A DNA stretch of 64,000 nucleotides from Ilumatobacteraceae bacterium (GTDB lineage: Bacteria; Actinomycetota; Acidimicrobiia; Acidimicrobiales; Ilumatobacteraceae), in NCBI GenBank assembly GCA_040402055.1, contig JBBANJ010000001.1, positions 9,838 to 73,837 on the forward strand. Direction: 5' to 3'. The notes beneath the pieces were generated by a model, which was given only the letters and a program-made list of their open reading frames with translations, was not told the DNA's origin and ran no database searches. Of the stretch, positions 8,582 to 18,336 are shown one piece after another (position 1 is the stretch's first letter; each line of letters begins with the position of its first letter). The translations under genes and the position numbers were made by a program.

Positions 8582-10473
8582 GTCGCTCACTTGCTGGCGA
8601 TGCATCCATTGAAGCACTGCGCATCGTCACCTCTTCTTTTGAAGGAGCTGAAGAGCGCCAAGGGCAAATTGACATGGCACACGCAATCGCCGAAACACTT
8701 GCGGCTGGGCGTTCAATAATCGTCCAAGCCGGAACCGGTACAGGAAAATCACTTGGATATCTGGTTCCTGCGCTTCTCAACGGTAAGAAGACTGTCGTAG
8801 CCACCGCCACAAAGGCGCTTCAAGATCAGTTGAATCGCAACGACCTGCCGCTTCTTTCAAAACATCTAGGTATTGATTTCTCATGGGCTGTCATCAAGGG
8901 TCGAAATAACTACGTTTGTCGTCAACGCATCAACGAGCTCAGTGAAACTGCTGGACAATTAGAGTTTGAAGAAGTTTCCGGCCCAACAAAACGTGAGATT
9001 GAGACAATTCTTAAGTGGGCAGGCAAAACCCGAACGGGCGACTTTGAGGAATTACCACGGGTACCTAGCGAGCGTGCTCGCATTGCGGTCTCTGTCAGTA
9101 GTGACGAGTGCCCTGGAAAACAAAAATGCCCAGTCGGCAATGATTGCTTTGCTGAAAAGGCTCGCGATGCTGCCGCTGCAGCCGACGTAATCGTGGTCAA
9201 TCTTCACATCTACGGTCTTCATATTGCCAGTGGCGGTTCCCTTCTTCCCGAACATGAAGTAGTCATCTTTGACGAGGCACACCAATTGGAATCCGTCATG
9301 AGCGACACCGTTGGCGTGCAACTTGCCGCAGGTCGCTTCACTTCTCTTGCTTCTGCAGTCCGAAAAGTTATTGCAGACCCCACAGTCACGAGCGCCCTCG
9401 AATCACAGGGTGTTCGTCTCACTCAAGCTCTCACTCCAATGTCTGGTCAGCGACTTTCTAATCCGATGCCTCCATCAGTTACTGAACCACTTGCGCTCGC
9501 GCGTATTGAGATCAACGCAATCCTCGGCGCATTGCGTGGCATCACAACTGACAACGAATCAACTCAACAAAAGAGTTACAGGGCCCAGACTCAAGCAACG
9601 CGACTGGCTGAAGCTCTTGACCTTGCGCTCGGCACAATTCAGGGTTATGTCGCATACGTTGAAGGTTCATCCGAGCGTCCACAACTTCGCATCAGTCCCC
9701 TTCACGTTGGCGAAGTTATGTCAGGTTCAGTCTGGGGAAATGTTGCTGCCGTACTAACAAGTGCAACTATTCCAGCCTCACTTCCGGAACGTGTTGGCCT
9801 TCCACTTGAAGGCACAGAGATTCTTTCCGTCGAAAGTCCTTTTGACTACGAACGAAACTCTCGCCTTTACTGCTCGCCTACTTTTCCGGATCGCAATGCT
9901 CCGAACTTCACCGAGTTTGTCCATGACGAGCTCGAAGCGCTCATCACAGCTGCGGGCGGCCGAACACTAGCCCTCTTCACAAGTAACAAAGCACTTCATG
10001 CCGCAACAGCAGCCATGAGAGAGCGGCTCAGTGTTCCCATTCTCAGTCCTGCCGATTATCCACGACAGAAACTCATTGAAATGTTCATGGCAGACGAGAG
10101 CTCGTGCATCTTTGCTTCGCAGGCATTTTTTCAGGGCATTGACCTCCCTGGTCGAACCTTGTCGCTCGTTGTCCTTGATAAGTTGCCGTTCCCGCGGCCC
10201 GATGACCCGCTGCTTGAAGCTCGTCGTGAAGCCGTAGGGCGCGACACGGCATTCGGCCAAATCGATTTACCAATTGCTGCCACATCACTCGCACAAGCTG
10301 CTGGTCGACTCATCCGTACCTCTGAGGACAAAGGAGTAGTTGCTGTTCTCGACCGCCGCCTGGCTACAGCCGGCTACTGGAAAACACTTATTGCTGCTCT
10401 TCCACCAATGGCGCGCACACGCGATCGTGCGGAAATTGAACAGTTCCTGCGCGATATCACTACCGCGCAGTAA
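8578..10473 (+). CDS. dinG: ATP-dependent DNA helicase, DinG/XPD family
   Basis: 631 aa with Walker A AGTGTGKSLGYL and DEAH box FDEAHQL. Four Cys (YVCRQ...ECPGKQKCPVGNDC) fit an XPD-type Fe-S domain. Confidence 0.85.
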   Translation: MSRSLAGDASIEALRIVTSSFEGAEERQGQIDMAHAIAETLAAGRSIIVQAGTGTGKSLGYLVPALLNGKKTVVATATKALQDQLNRNDLPLLSKHLGIDFSWAVIKGRNNYVCRQRINELSETAGQLEFEEVSGPTKREIETILKWAGKTRTGDFEELPRVPSERARIAVSVSSDECPGKQKCPVGNDCFAEKARDAAAAADVIVVNLHIYGLHIASGGSLLPEHEVVIFDEAHQLESVMSDTVGVQLAAGRFTSLASAVRKVIADPTVTSALESQGVRLTQALTPMSGQRLSNPMPPSVTEPLALARIEINAILGALRGITTDNESTQQKSYRAQTQATRLAEALDLALGTIQGYVAYVEGSSERPQLRISPLHVGEVMSGSVWGNVAAVLTSATIPASLPERVGLPLEGTEILSVESPFDYERNSRLYCSPTFPDRNAPNFTEFVHDELEALITAAGGRTLALFTSNKALHAATAAMRERLSVPILSPADYPRQKLIEMFMADESSCIFASQAFFQGIDLPGRTLSLVVLDKLPFPRPDDPLLEARREAVGRDTAFGQIDLPIAATSLAQAAGRLIRTSEDKGVVAVLDRRLATAGYWKTLIAALPPMARTRDRAEIEQFLRDITTAQ

Positions 10474-10479
10474 TTCTGG

Positions 10480-11319
10480 CTAGTAGCCGAATCTTTCCAA
10501 GCGATCGGCTTGTTGCTGCCAGTCTTTGTCAACAACCACATGAAGCTCGATGAATGCACCTTCGGGCATCTGGGCACGAACAGCAATGCCCACTTGTTTC
10601 AGAAGTTCCCCGCCCTTGCCAATGACCATGCCCTTTTGGCTTTCGCGTTCTACATAGATCTCGCAACGAACTCGGGGCCATTCCCACTCGGTGACTTTTG
10701 TAGCGACTGAATAAGGCAATTCGTCTTTCAACACGGCTAACAACTGTTCGCGCACTAGTTCTGCAATCCATTGCGCGTCTTCAGTATCAGTAACCATGTC
10801 TTCTGGGTAATACGCAGGACCCTCTGGCATCAGAGCCTTGAGAGCTGCAAGAAGTTCCTCCACACCTTCACCGGTTCGTGCAGACACAGGAAAATATTCG
10901 GCCGCACCTAGAGACGACACTGCGTGCAATTGGGCGATGACTTGTTCTCTTGTCGCTTTGTCTGTCTTATTGACAATTACAAAAGCTTTTGAAATATCAA
11001 TGTGATCTGCCACCCACTGATCACCGCGACCAAATGGCTTCGTGGCGTCAACGAGCAGACACACGACGTCGACGTCTTTCGCACTTTCGAGTGCCGTGGC
11101 GTTTACTTTTTCGCCCAACAAGGTGACGGGTTTGTGCAAACCCGGCGTATCCACGAAAACCACCTGCGAATCGGGAGCATGATGGATGCCACGGATTCTC
11201 GTGCGCGTCGTTTGCGGCTTATTAGAAACGATCGAGATCTTGACCCCGCAAATCGCATTTACGAGCGTTGACTTGCCAACGTTGGGTCGACCAACAAAGG
11301 TTACAAATCCGCTGCGCAC
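10480..11319 (-). CDS. era: GTPase Era
   Basis: 279 aa with G1 GRPNVGKST, G3 DTPG, G4 NKTD and a C-terminal KH domain. It has a GTG start. Confidence 0.9.
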   Translation of the reverse strand: MRSGFVTFVGRPNVGKSTLVNAICGVKISIVSNKPQTTRTRIRGIHHAPDSQVVFVDTPGLHKPVTLLGEKVNATALESAKDVDVVCLLVDATKPFGRGDQWVADHIDISKAFVIVNKTDKATREQVIAQLHAVSSLGAAEYFPVSARTGEGVEELLAALKALMPEGPAYYPEDMVTDTEDAQWIAELVREQLLAVLKDELPYSVATKVTEWEWPRVRCEIYVERESQKGMVIGKGGELLKQVGIAVRAQMPEGAFIELHVVVDKDWQQQADRLERFGY

Positions 11320-11432
11320 TCTTACAGAGTAGTAACAAATGTGACCGACTGTGCAAAAAAGTATTTGGACTGCACATTTCAGTCGGCGAAGATCCGAAGG
11401 TCACCGATTCACATCACGCGTCCTGCAACACT

Positions 11433-11891
11433 ATGAGTATGTTCTCACGCGCCTTTTCTCAGCTCGATTCCCGCAAGTGGTTCGACAGAATGCACCCACA
11501 GACTCTCGCGATAGGAACATGGCTGCTGTACCTTGATGGCGTTTTTGCATTGCTGGGCTTTCTAGATAAGTCAAACGAGTTTGGTTTCCTCCGAGTCATC
11601 GGCCCAATAACCGGAATCGTCGGACTCGTGTCGTGTGTCTGCTTCTTCGGCGGCGGTTTCCTGATGGCTAATGGAAAATTGCTCGGCTGGTATCTGGGAA
11701 TTGCGGCTTCTTTCAGTCCCCTGTTGGCCCGACTCATCATTTCGGTACACCAACAGAACCTCGGCTACTCAATTTCTTTGGCCGATCGACTCACGGGTGG
11801 CGACCTGATTGGCTTCATGTTCGAAGCCGCTCTCGTGGTGCTGTTGCTTCACCCCATGAGTCGCTCGTACGCACGAACCTGGCTCCGTTAA
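11433..11891 (+). CDS. hypothetical integral membrane protein
   Basis: About 152 aa from the ATG at 11433, with 4 predicted hydrophobic helices. The upstream part of the long ORF overlaps era, so I discounted it. Confidence 0.55.
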   Translation: MSMFSRAFSQLDSRKWFDRMHPQTLAIGTWLLYLDGVFALLGFLDKSNEFGFLRVIGPITGIVGLVSCVCFFGGGFLMANGKLLGWYLGIAASFSPLLARLIISVHQQNLGYSISLADRLTGGDLIGFMFEAALVVLLLHPMSRSYARTWLR

Positions 11892-11924
11892 GCGAGACGC
11901 TCGCTGGTGTGCAACACTTTCTGC

Positions 11925-12383
11925 ATGGCACCACGACATATTGAATCCATCGACGCCCTCAAGGGCCTTATCGGAGAACATCTCGGCTACTCCGAGTACA
12001 TGACCATTTCGCAAGAGCGCGTCAACCAGTTTGCGGAAGCAACCGGTGACCATCAGTGGATTCACGTTGATGTGGAGAAGGCAAATGCTGGACCATTCGG
12101 AGGCCCAATTGCCCACGGTTATCTCACGCTGTCCCTCGGCCCTGTTTTCCTGCCCCAGATTTTCTCTGTTGGCGGAATATCTATGGGAGTCAACTACGGG
12201 GCAAACAAAGTTCGTTTCGTGTCTCCTGTTCCCGTAGGTGCTGAACTGCGCGCCGGACTCAAGGTGCTTGCAGTTGATGACACTCCAGGAGGATCTCGAG
12301 TCACTCTCGAAACCACATTTGAGTGCAAAGGCGCTTCTAAGCCATCTTGCATCGCAGAAGTAATCTTTCAATATTTCTTCTAG
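11925..12383 (+). CDS. MaoC-family (R)-specific enoyl-CoA hydratase/dehydratase
   Basis: Hot-dog MaoC motif GDHQWIHVDVEKANAGPFGGPIAHGYLTLS. Confidence 0.8.
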   Translation: MAPRHIESIDALKGLIGEHLGYSEYMTISQERVNQFAEATGDHQWIHVDVEKANAGPFGGPIAHGYLTLSLGPVFLPQIFSVGGISMGVNYGANKVRFVSPVPVGAELRAGLKVLAVDDTPGGSRVTLETTFECKGASKPSCIAEVIFQYFF

Positions 12384-12395
12384 ATTTGGAAAGGC

Positions 12396-13370
12396 TCAAC
12401 GAAAGTTGGGAATGACCTTTTTTGAGAACAACTCTAACGTCTCGGTTGACGGATAGTCGGAACACCAAGGGATGAATCCTGTACAGCCAGCATCCAAATA
12501 TCGCTGAATTTTTTCGCTCACCTGGTCTGGCGTGCCCACCAACGCCTCATTGCGCCACTCAGTTGCATCTTTGCCCCAAACATTCAAGCTGCCCGCCTGA
12601 AGAATCTCTTCTTCAGTCTCTCGAATGAAGACTTCACTCGAGATGGTCTTACGAATCGAATCCTCGTCGCGACCGACAACGGTGCAGTGCTTCTGCAAGA
12701 TGGCACGTTTCTTGATGAACTCGTCAACAGAACTGCCGAAGTTTGCAACATCTGCGTGTTCTGCAACTACTCGCAGAGTTAGTTGTTCTCCACCGCCGCC
12801 AATCCAAACGGGAGGATTCGGCTTTTGCAATGGCTTCGGATCACAATTCGCACGCAACATCTTGTAGTACTTCCCGTCATATGTGGTTTCTTCTTGAGTC
12901 CACATTGACTTCACAATTTCTACGGTCTCACGCAACATTCCAATACGGTCTGACGGCTTTGCAAATTCAAATCCATACCCTTTGTATTCGCTCTCGTACC
13001 AACCGGCTCCAATTCCCCAGTCAAGGCGACCACCGGAGATCACATCGACAGTCGAGGTGATTTTCGCCAGCAATCCAGGGTTGCGATAGCTGTTGCAACC
13101 CACCATTTGGCCCAGACGGATGCGAGTCGTCAATTGACTCATGGCAGCAATGGTTGTCCAACACTCAAAGACAGCTTCTTGCGCTGGCTTTGGAACATTA
13201 TGGAAATGGTCGTATACCCAGATGGAGTCGTAACCAAGATTTTCAGCAAGCACTGCTATGTCGACGGCAGTTTTCCATTGCTCTGCGGCCCCGGTAATAC
13301 CAGCGAGTTCCATTTTCCATCCTTGCGGAATGAATACTCCAAATATTGGTGAATGGGATTCGTTCGACAT
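12396..13370 (-). CDS. luciferase-like monooxygenase (LLM) class oxidoreductase, probably F420-dependent
   Basis: About 324 aa with a TIM-barrel LLM pattern (LGYDSIWVYDHF..., GGRLDWGIGAGW). The ATG at 13370 is preceded by AGGAGGG. Confidence 0.8.
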   Translation of the reverse strand: MSNESHSPIFGVFIPQGWKMELAGITGAAEQWKTAVDIAVLAENLGYDSIWVYDHFHNVPKPAQEAVFECWTTIAAMSQLTTRIRLGQMVGCNSYRNPGLLAKITSTVDVISGGRLDWGIGAGWYESEYKGYGFEFAKPSDRIGMLRETVEIVKSMWTQEETTYDGKYYKMLRANCDPKPLQKPNPPVWIGGGGEQLTLRVVAEHADVANFGSSVDEFIKKRAILQKHCTVVGRDEDSIRKTISSEVFIRETEEEILQAGSLNVWGKDATEWRNEALVGTPDQVSEKIQRYLDAGCTGFIPWCSDYPSTETLELFSKKVIPNFR

Positions 13371-13405
13371 AGTCCCTCCTTGTGCCCCGAGGTTATCGTT
13401 CAACA

Positions 13406-15046
13406 ATGTCGCAATTCCCACCAGCCCTTCTCGGCATCGCTGAAATTCACGAAGCCATCGCCGCCACACGGCCCGATGAAGAGTGCATCATCTTTCGAGA
13501 CAAGCGCCTGACCTGGGCTGACGTAACGACCCGCACGCGTCAATTGGCCAACTACCTTGCCACACAGGGCCTTGGATGCCGTATCGAGCGGGACAAGCTC
13601 AACGGTTGGGAATCCGGTCAGGATCACTTGGCCATCTATTTGCACAATGGAAATGAATATTTGGAAACCATGCTCGGCTCGTTCAAGGCACGAGTTGCAC
13701 CGTTCAATGTGAACTATCGCTACGTGGCAGAAGAACTGCAATATCTCTTGCTCGATTCAAATGCAGCTGCCTGCGTTATCCATTCTCGCTTTGCGCCACT
13801 GCTCGCCGACATTCGTGGGGCACTACCAAACTTGCGCGTCATATTGCAGGTTCCTGATGCGTCAAACAATCCGCTTTTGGAAGGCGCTATTTGGTACGAA
13901 GATGCCCTGAGTCAATCCTCTACGGATAAACCCTCAGCCGGCTATCACGGTGACGATCTGTACATCCTCTACACCGGTGGAACTACTGGTATGCCAAAGG
14001 GAGTTCTATGGCGCAATGCTGACGCGGTTGTTGAATGCTTTGGTGGTTCAAAGACCGCACGCACCATTGAAGAATTCGTTGCAGAAGCGACAGGCAATTT
14101 TCGTGCTCTACCGAGTCCACCTTTCATGCATGGCGCAGGGCATTGGATTGCGATGCGAACCTGGCTAACAGGTGGCACCATCATTGTTCAGTCCCAACCA
14201 GATCGTCTTGACGCTGACGACATTTGGGGTCTGATCGAAAAAGAAAAGGCCACATTCCTGCTCATCGTTGGAGACGCTTTCGCGCGACCACTACTTGACG
14301 GCTTGGCGGGATCAACACGCGACCTGTCTTCTCTTCTATCCATTCTTTCTGGTGGAGCCGCATTGTCCGCTCATCTCAAAGTTGAATTTCATAAATATCT
14401 ACCAGCGGTGATGTTGGTTGACGGACTTGGTTCTTCTGAAGCGGGCGGGCAATTGTCGCAAGTGGCGAGCGGTGACAGCTCGACCACCGGAAGTTTTCCA
14501 CTGGCACCACAGAATCACATTCTCTCTGAAGACCTCACTAGTGAGTTACAGGCTGGACACGAAGGGCTTGGTTGGCTTGCAAAGAGCGGACGGCTTGCTC
14601 TCGGCTATCTCAACGATGAAGCAAAAACTAAGAAGACCTACCCCATCGTTGACGGAATTCGCTACGTGGTCCCAGGTGACAGGGCGCGTTTGACTACCGA
14701 CATGTTTATCCAAGTACACGGACGTGATTCAGTCACCATCAACTCTGGTGGTGAGAAGATTTTTGCTGAAGAAGTTGAGGCAGCAGTCAAGGCGCATCCC
14801 GACGTGTACGACTGCGTTGTCACTGGACGCCCTAGCGAGCGATGGGGTAACGAAGTTGTCGCAGTCGTGCGGCTAAAGGCTGGAGCAACCACCACAGAGG
14901 CATCTCTTCTAGAAGTCGCCCAGAGTTACATTGCTCGATTCAAACTGCCAAAGCAGTTTGTGTTTGTTGAAACGATTGTTCGCTCACCGGCCGGCAAGGC
15001 CGACTATCGATGGGCAAAACAGATAGCTATTGACGCAGCAAACTAG
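13406..15046 (+). CDS. acyl-CoA synthetase (AMP-forming, FadD-like)
   Basis: AMP-binding motifs YTGGTTGMPKG and GEKIFAEEVE, and a C-terminal lysine context PAGKADYR. Confidence 0.85.
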   Translation: MSQFPPALLGIAEIHEAIAATRPDEECIIFRDKRLTWADVTTRTRQLANYLATQGLGCRIERDKLNGWESGQDHLAIYLHNGNEYLETMLGSFKARVAPFNVNYRYVAEELQYLLLDSNAAACVIHSRFAPLLADIRGALPNLRVILQVPDASNNPLLEGAIWYEDALSQSSTDKPSAGYHGDDLYILYTGGTTGMPKGVLWRNADAVVECFGGSKTARTIEEFVAEATGNFRALPSPPFMHGAGHWIAMRTWLTGGTIIVQSQPDRLDADDIWGLIEKEKATFLLIVGDAFARPLLDGLAGSTRDLSSLLSILSGGAALSAHLKVEFHKYLPAVMLVDGLGSSEAGGQLSQVASGDSSTTGSFPLAPQNHILSEDLTSELQAGHEGLGWLAKSGRLALGYLNDEAKTKKTYPIVDGIRYVVPGDRARLTTDMFIQVHGRDSVTINSGGEKIFAEEVEAAVKAHPDVYDCVVTGRPSERWGNEVVAVVRLKAGATTTEASLLEVAQSYIARFKLPKQFVFVETIVRSPAGKADYRWAKQIAIDAAN

Positions 15047-16281
15047 AGCGGCAAGTTACCGGTGGCACCGCGGGTGCTTCCCGTATCGGTGAATGACTTA
15101 ATAGTTATTTCCGCAATACGCATTTGGTGAATCTCATCTGCGCCATCAGCAAATCGAGCCCAACGTGCGTTCTGCATCATGCCCGCCAACGGGGTGTCAG
15201 TGGAATAACCGAGTGCACCGTGAACCTGGATTGCTCTATCGATAATTCGATTCAAGCTATTTGCCACAAAATGCTTAGACATTGAGACTTCCTGACGGAA
15301 ATCCTCGCCAGCGTCAATCTTCGAAGCCGCATGAAGAATCATCAACTTGCATTGGTAGATCTCCATTGCGGAATCCGCAATGAGCCATTGGATTCCCTGC
15401 TTCTCTGCAAGAAGCGAACCGTGCGAATAGCGTTCAAGCGAACGAGCAACCATCATGTCGAGAGCAGTTTCAGCCTGAGCAACCCAGCGCATGCAGTGCG
15501 CCAGGCGTGCTGGCCCGAGTCGATACTGACCAAGACGGTGTCCATTTCCTCGACCACCAAGAATCTGAGAATCGTGCACACGAAGATCTTCGATGACTAT
15601 CTCTGAGTGTCCGGTTGCGCCGTGCATGGTTTCAATTTCGCGAACATCGTTCCAGCCCTTGGATGGAAGGTCGATAATAAATGCAGTATTTGCTCCACGC
15701 GACCCGGGCGGCACATCCATCTCAGTACGTGCGACGAGGATTGCAAACTTTGCACGACGTGCACCAGAGATGAACCACTTGTGGCCATTGAGAATCCATT
15801 CGTCGCCATCTTTGATTCCATTTGTACGAATCAACGTTGGGTCTGATCCAGCAACTTCAGGTTCAGTCATAGCGAAACAAGAAGATGAGACACCATTGAG
15901 TAGCGGCTTCAGGTACTTGTCTTTCTGTTCATCGGTTGCCCAATGAAGCAAGGTGTGCATGTTTCCTTCGTCTGGCGCCGAGCAGTTGAATACCCAGGGC
16001 CCAACGCGGGTCTTGGCAGCTTCAGCCTGCACCATTGCGAGAGCAACGTGACCGAGCCCCATGCCACCCCACTCCGTAGGCATATGAGGCAGCCACAATC
16101 CAACTTCAACTGCCTTCTTACGCAGGTTGATCAATTCACGCACGTACTCGCTGTGCTTTTCAGGCGCCATGTCATCGCGATGACCGAATGGCTCCATTGC
16201 TGGCTTGATGACATTGTCGACAAAGTCACGTACGCGGTTACGAATTTCTTCATGCTCGGGGGCTAGGGTGAAATCAATCAT
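15043..16281 (-). CDS. acyl-CoA dehydrogenase
   Basis: ACAD N/M/C domain pattern (CFAMTEPEVAGSDP, IHGALGYSTDTPL). The ATG at 16281 is preceded by GGGAGGA. Confidence 0.9.
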   Translation of the reverse strand: MIDFTLAPEHEEIRNRVRDFVDNVIKPAMEPFGHRDDMAPEKHSEYVRELINLRKKAVEVGLWLPHMPTEWGGMGLGHVALAMVQAEAAKTRVGPWVFNCSAPDEGNMHTLLHWATDEQKDKYLKPLLNGVSSSCFAMTEPEVAGSDPTLIRTNGIKDGDEWILNGHKWFISGARRAKFAILVARTEMDVPPGSRGANTAFIIDLPSKGWNDVREIETMHGATGHSEIVIEDLRVHDSQILGGRGNGHRLGQYRLGPARLAHCMRWVAQAETALDMMVARSLERYSHGSLLAEKQGIQWLIADSAMEIYQCKLMILHAASKIDAGEDFRQEVSMSKHFVANSLNRIIDRAIQVHGALGYSTDTPLAGMMQNARWARFADGADEIHQMRIAEITIKSFTDTGSTRGATGNLPL

Positions 16282-16387
16282 GAGGGGTCCTCCCAGTGGA
16301 CTCAGCGATAGTCCATTCTGCTGTGCCGTGACCAAAATCGGCGAGTCGTACTTGGGTGACGTCCCCTGCCACCCATAGCCTTACATC

Positions 16388-17110
16388 GTGAGCCAATCAG
16401 ATCCCCAGACACCGTCCTCCTGGGACACCTCTTCTCTGCCGCAGGGCGAAGACAAGTCACAGATGGTTCGTAACATGTTCGACGCCATTGCACCGCGATA
16501 TGACCTTGTCAATCGCATCATGACCTTTCGTTTAGACACACGCTGGCGTCGCCGAGCCGTCCGAGACCTTGCTTTACCTGCCAACTCAACCGTGCTCGAC
16601 CTGGCAGCCGGCACTGGAGACCTGTGCATTGACTTGCGGCGGGCACATCTTCGCCCGATAGCCATTGATCTCTCTTTTGGCATGTTGTCGAATGACCGCA
16701 GCAACGCTCCGCGTGCACAGGCAGACATTTTGCGTCTTCCTGTCCCTACACATTCAGTAGACGGAATCATTTGTGGCTTCGCACTTCGCAACTTGGTTGA
16801 CCTTGAAGTCTTCTTTGCTGAATGCGCCCGAGTCATTCGCCCTGGTGGCCGCATCGCGCTTCTCGATGTTGGCGTGCCACATAATCCCATCATTCGCTTC
16901 GGTAACAACATCTACTTCGGCAAGATTGTGCCACGCATCGGGGCATTACTCAGTGACGCAGCTGCTTACCGTTACCTGCCTCGAAGCATCGCGTATCTTC
17001 CTGACAGATCAGTTTTGGTAGCCCAACTGCAACGGGCTGGCTTCTCTGATGCGGTGCATACACAATTGTCTGGTGGTTTGACGCAGTTGATGGTTGGCAC
17101 ACGTAACTGA
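16388..17110 (+). CDS. menG: demethylmenaquinone methyltransferase (UbiE/MenG)
   Basis: 240 aa with MFDAIAPRYDLVNRIMTF and SAM motif VLDLAAGTGD. It has a GTG start. Confidence 0.85.
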   Translation: MSQSDPQTPSSWDTSSLPQGEDKSQMVRNMFDAIAPRYDLVNRIMTFRLDTRWRRRAVRDLALPANSTVLDLAAGTGDLCIDLRRAHLRPIAIDLSFGMLSNDRSNAPRAQADILRLPVPTHSVDGIICGFALRNLVDLEVFFAECARVIRPGGRIALLDVGVPHNPIIRFGNNIYFGKIVPRIGALLSDAAAYRYLPRSIAYLPDRSVLVAQLQRAGFSDAVHTQLSGGLTQLMVGTRN

Positions 17111-17112
17111 TC

Positions 17113-18336
17113 ATGATTTTTCGTACTGCAAAGCTGACGGAGCAATTTGACCTAAACACTGTGTGTCGCGCAGACGGATATCTCTTTGTACGCGATGGCA
17201 TAGGTGTTGCGGGACGTGGTGCAGTGCAAACAGTCCCTGAATCAGACTCGATGATTTTTCTGAAGTCGATCTCTCCCAGCCGACTAACAGATTCAACCAT
17301 TACAAATGGCGGTCCTCTTCTTTTCTCTCTAGTTCCTTTCTCCCCTACACAGCAAGCTGAATTTATGTTGCCGCGCATCGTCTTACGTAAAACAGAAGAC
17401 GACGTACAAACGGTCACTCTGGTTGGGGAATCAGAAGACGACCTCACCGATGAGAAATTGCAAAATGCGATCAAGGCAGCAATCACTGCTCCGCCACCGA
17501 GACCACACAGCAATTCATACCGAGTCGCCCCCAAGACTGCTGTCGGTCACTATCTCGATGCAGTTGTGCAAGCGAGAGATGCAGTCCGAGCGGGAACCAT
17601 ACAGAAAGCGGTTATCGCTCGTGATATCGAGGTACATGCTGATGATCCCATTGATGTCCACGCAATATTGCTTCGCCTTCGTGCTTCCTTTGGATCCAGT
17701 TACCGCTATTGCGTCAATAACATCATCGGAGCTTCTCCCGAACTTCTGGTGTCTGTACAGGGCTCAACTGTGCGCAGTCACCCGCTAGCGGGCACAGCAC
17801 CACGAACCGGAGACCAGGAATCCGACAAACGTCTCGCAGATGAACTTGTCGCGAGCACCAAGAATCAAATCGAACACAGGATTGTTATCGACATGGTCCA
17901 CGACACTCTGTTGCCTTTTTGTTCGTACCTAGATTGGGAAGCTGAACCATCCGTAGTGACGGTTGCAAATGTTCAACACCTTGGAACTGCAATCGAAGGT
18001 GCGCTGACTGACCCACCAGCCCATGTATTTTCACTCGTGCGAGCACTATGTCCGACACCGGCATTGGGAGGCCATCCGTCCTCTGAAGCCTTGGCTTTTA
18101 TCGGAAAAGTAGAAGGACTAGATCGCGGCTATTACGGAGGTGCGGTCGGATACATGGACTCACGCGGTGACGGAATTTTTGCGGTCACTATTCGGTGTGC
18201 AGAGATGTCTAGCGATAAACGCTCTGCTCGCCTTTTTGCGGGTGGCGGAATTGTTGCCGACAGTGATCCGTACGCCGAATTGGCTGAGACACAAGCCAAG
18301 TTTCAGGCCATGCTCTCTGCGATTGTTAGGCCGTAG
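17113..18336 (+). CDS. menF: isochorismate synthase
   Basis: 407 aa with a chorismate-binding C-terminal core (HPTPALGG, GYYGGAVGYMDSRGDG, AGGGIVADSDP). Confidence 0.85.
   Translation: MIFRTAKLTEQFDLNTVCRADGYLFVRDGIGVAGRGAVQTVPESDSMIFLKSISPSRLTDSTITNGGPLLFSLVPFSPTQQAEFMLPRIVLRKTEDDVQTVTLVGESEDDLTDEKLQNAIKAAITAPPPRPHSNSYRVAPKTAVGHYLDAVVQARDAVRAGTIQKAVIARDIEVHADDPIDVHAILLRLRASFGSSYRYCVNNIIGASPELLVSVQGSTVRSHPLAGTAPRTGDQESDKRLADELVASTKNQIEHRIVIDMVHDTLLPFCSYLDWEAEPSVVTVANVQHLGTAIEGALTDPPAHVFSLVRALCPTPALGGHPSSEALAFIGKVEGLDRGYYGGAVGYMDSRGDGIFAVTIRCAEMSSDKRSARLFAGGGIVADSDPYAELAETQAKFQAMLSAIVRP

Noticed and set aside
11769-12371. 200-aa minus-strand ORF
   Set aside because: It is antisense to the MaoC dehydratase gene and the end of the membrane-protein gene. 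I recognised no motif.
16381-16911. 176-aa Arg-rich minus-strand ORF
   Set aside because: It is antisense to menG, which has strong UbiE/MenG motifs. The composition (R/S/A-rich) is typical of the reverse frame of a coding region.
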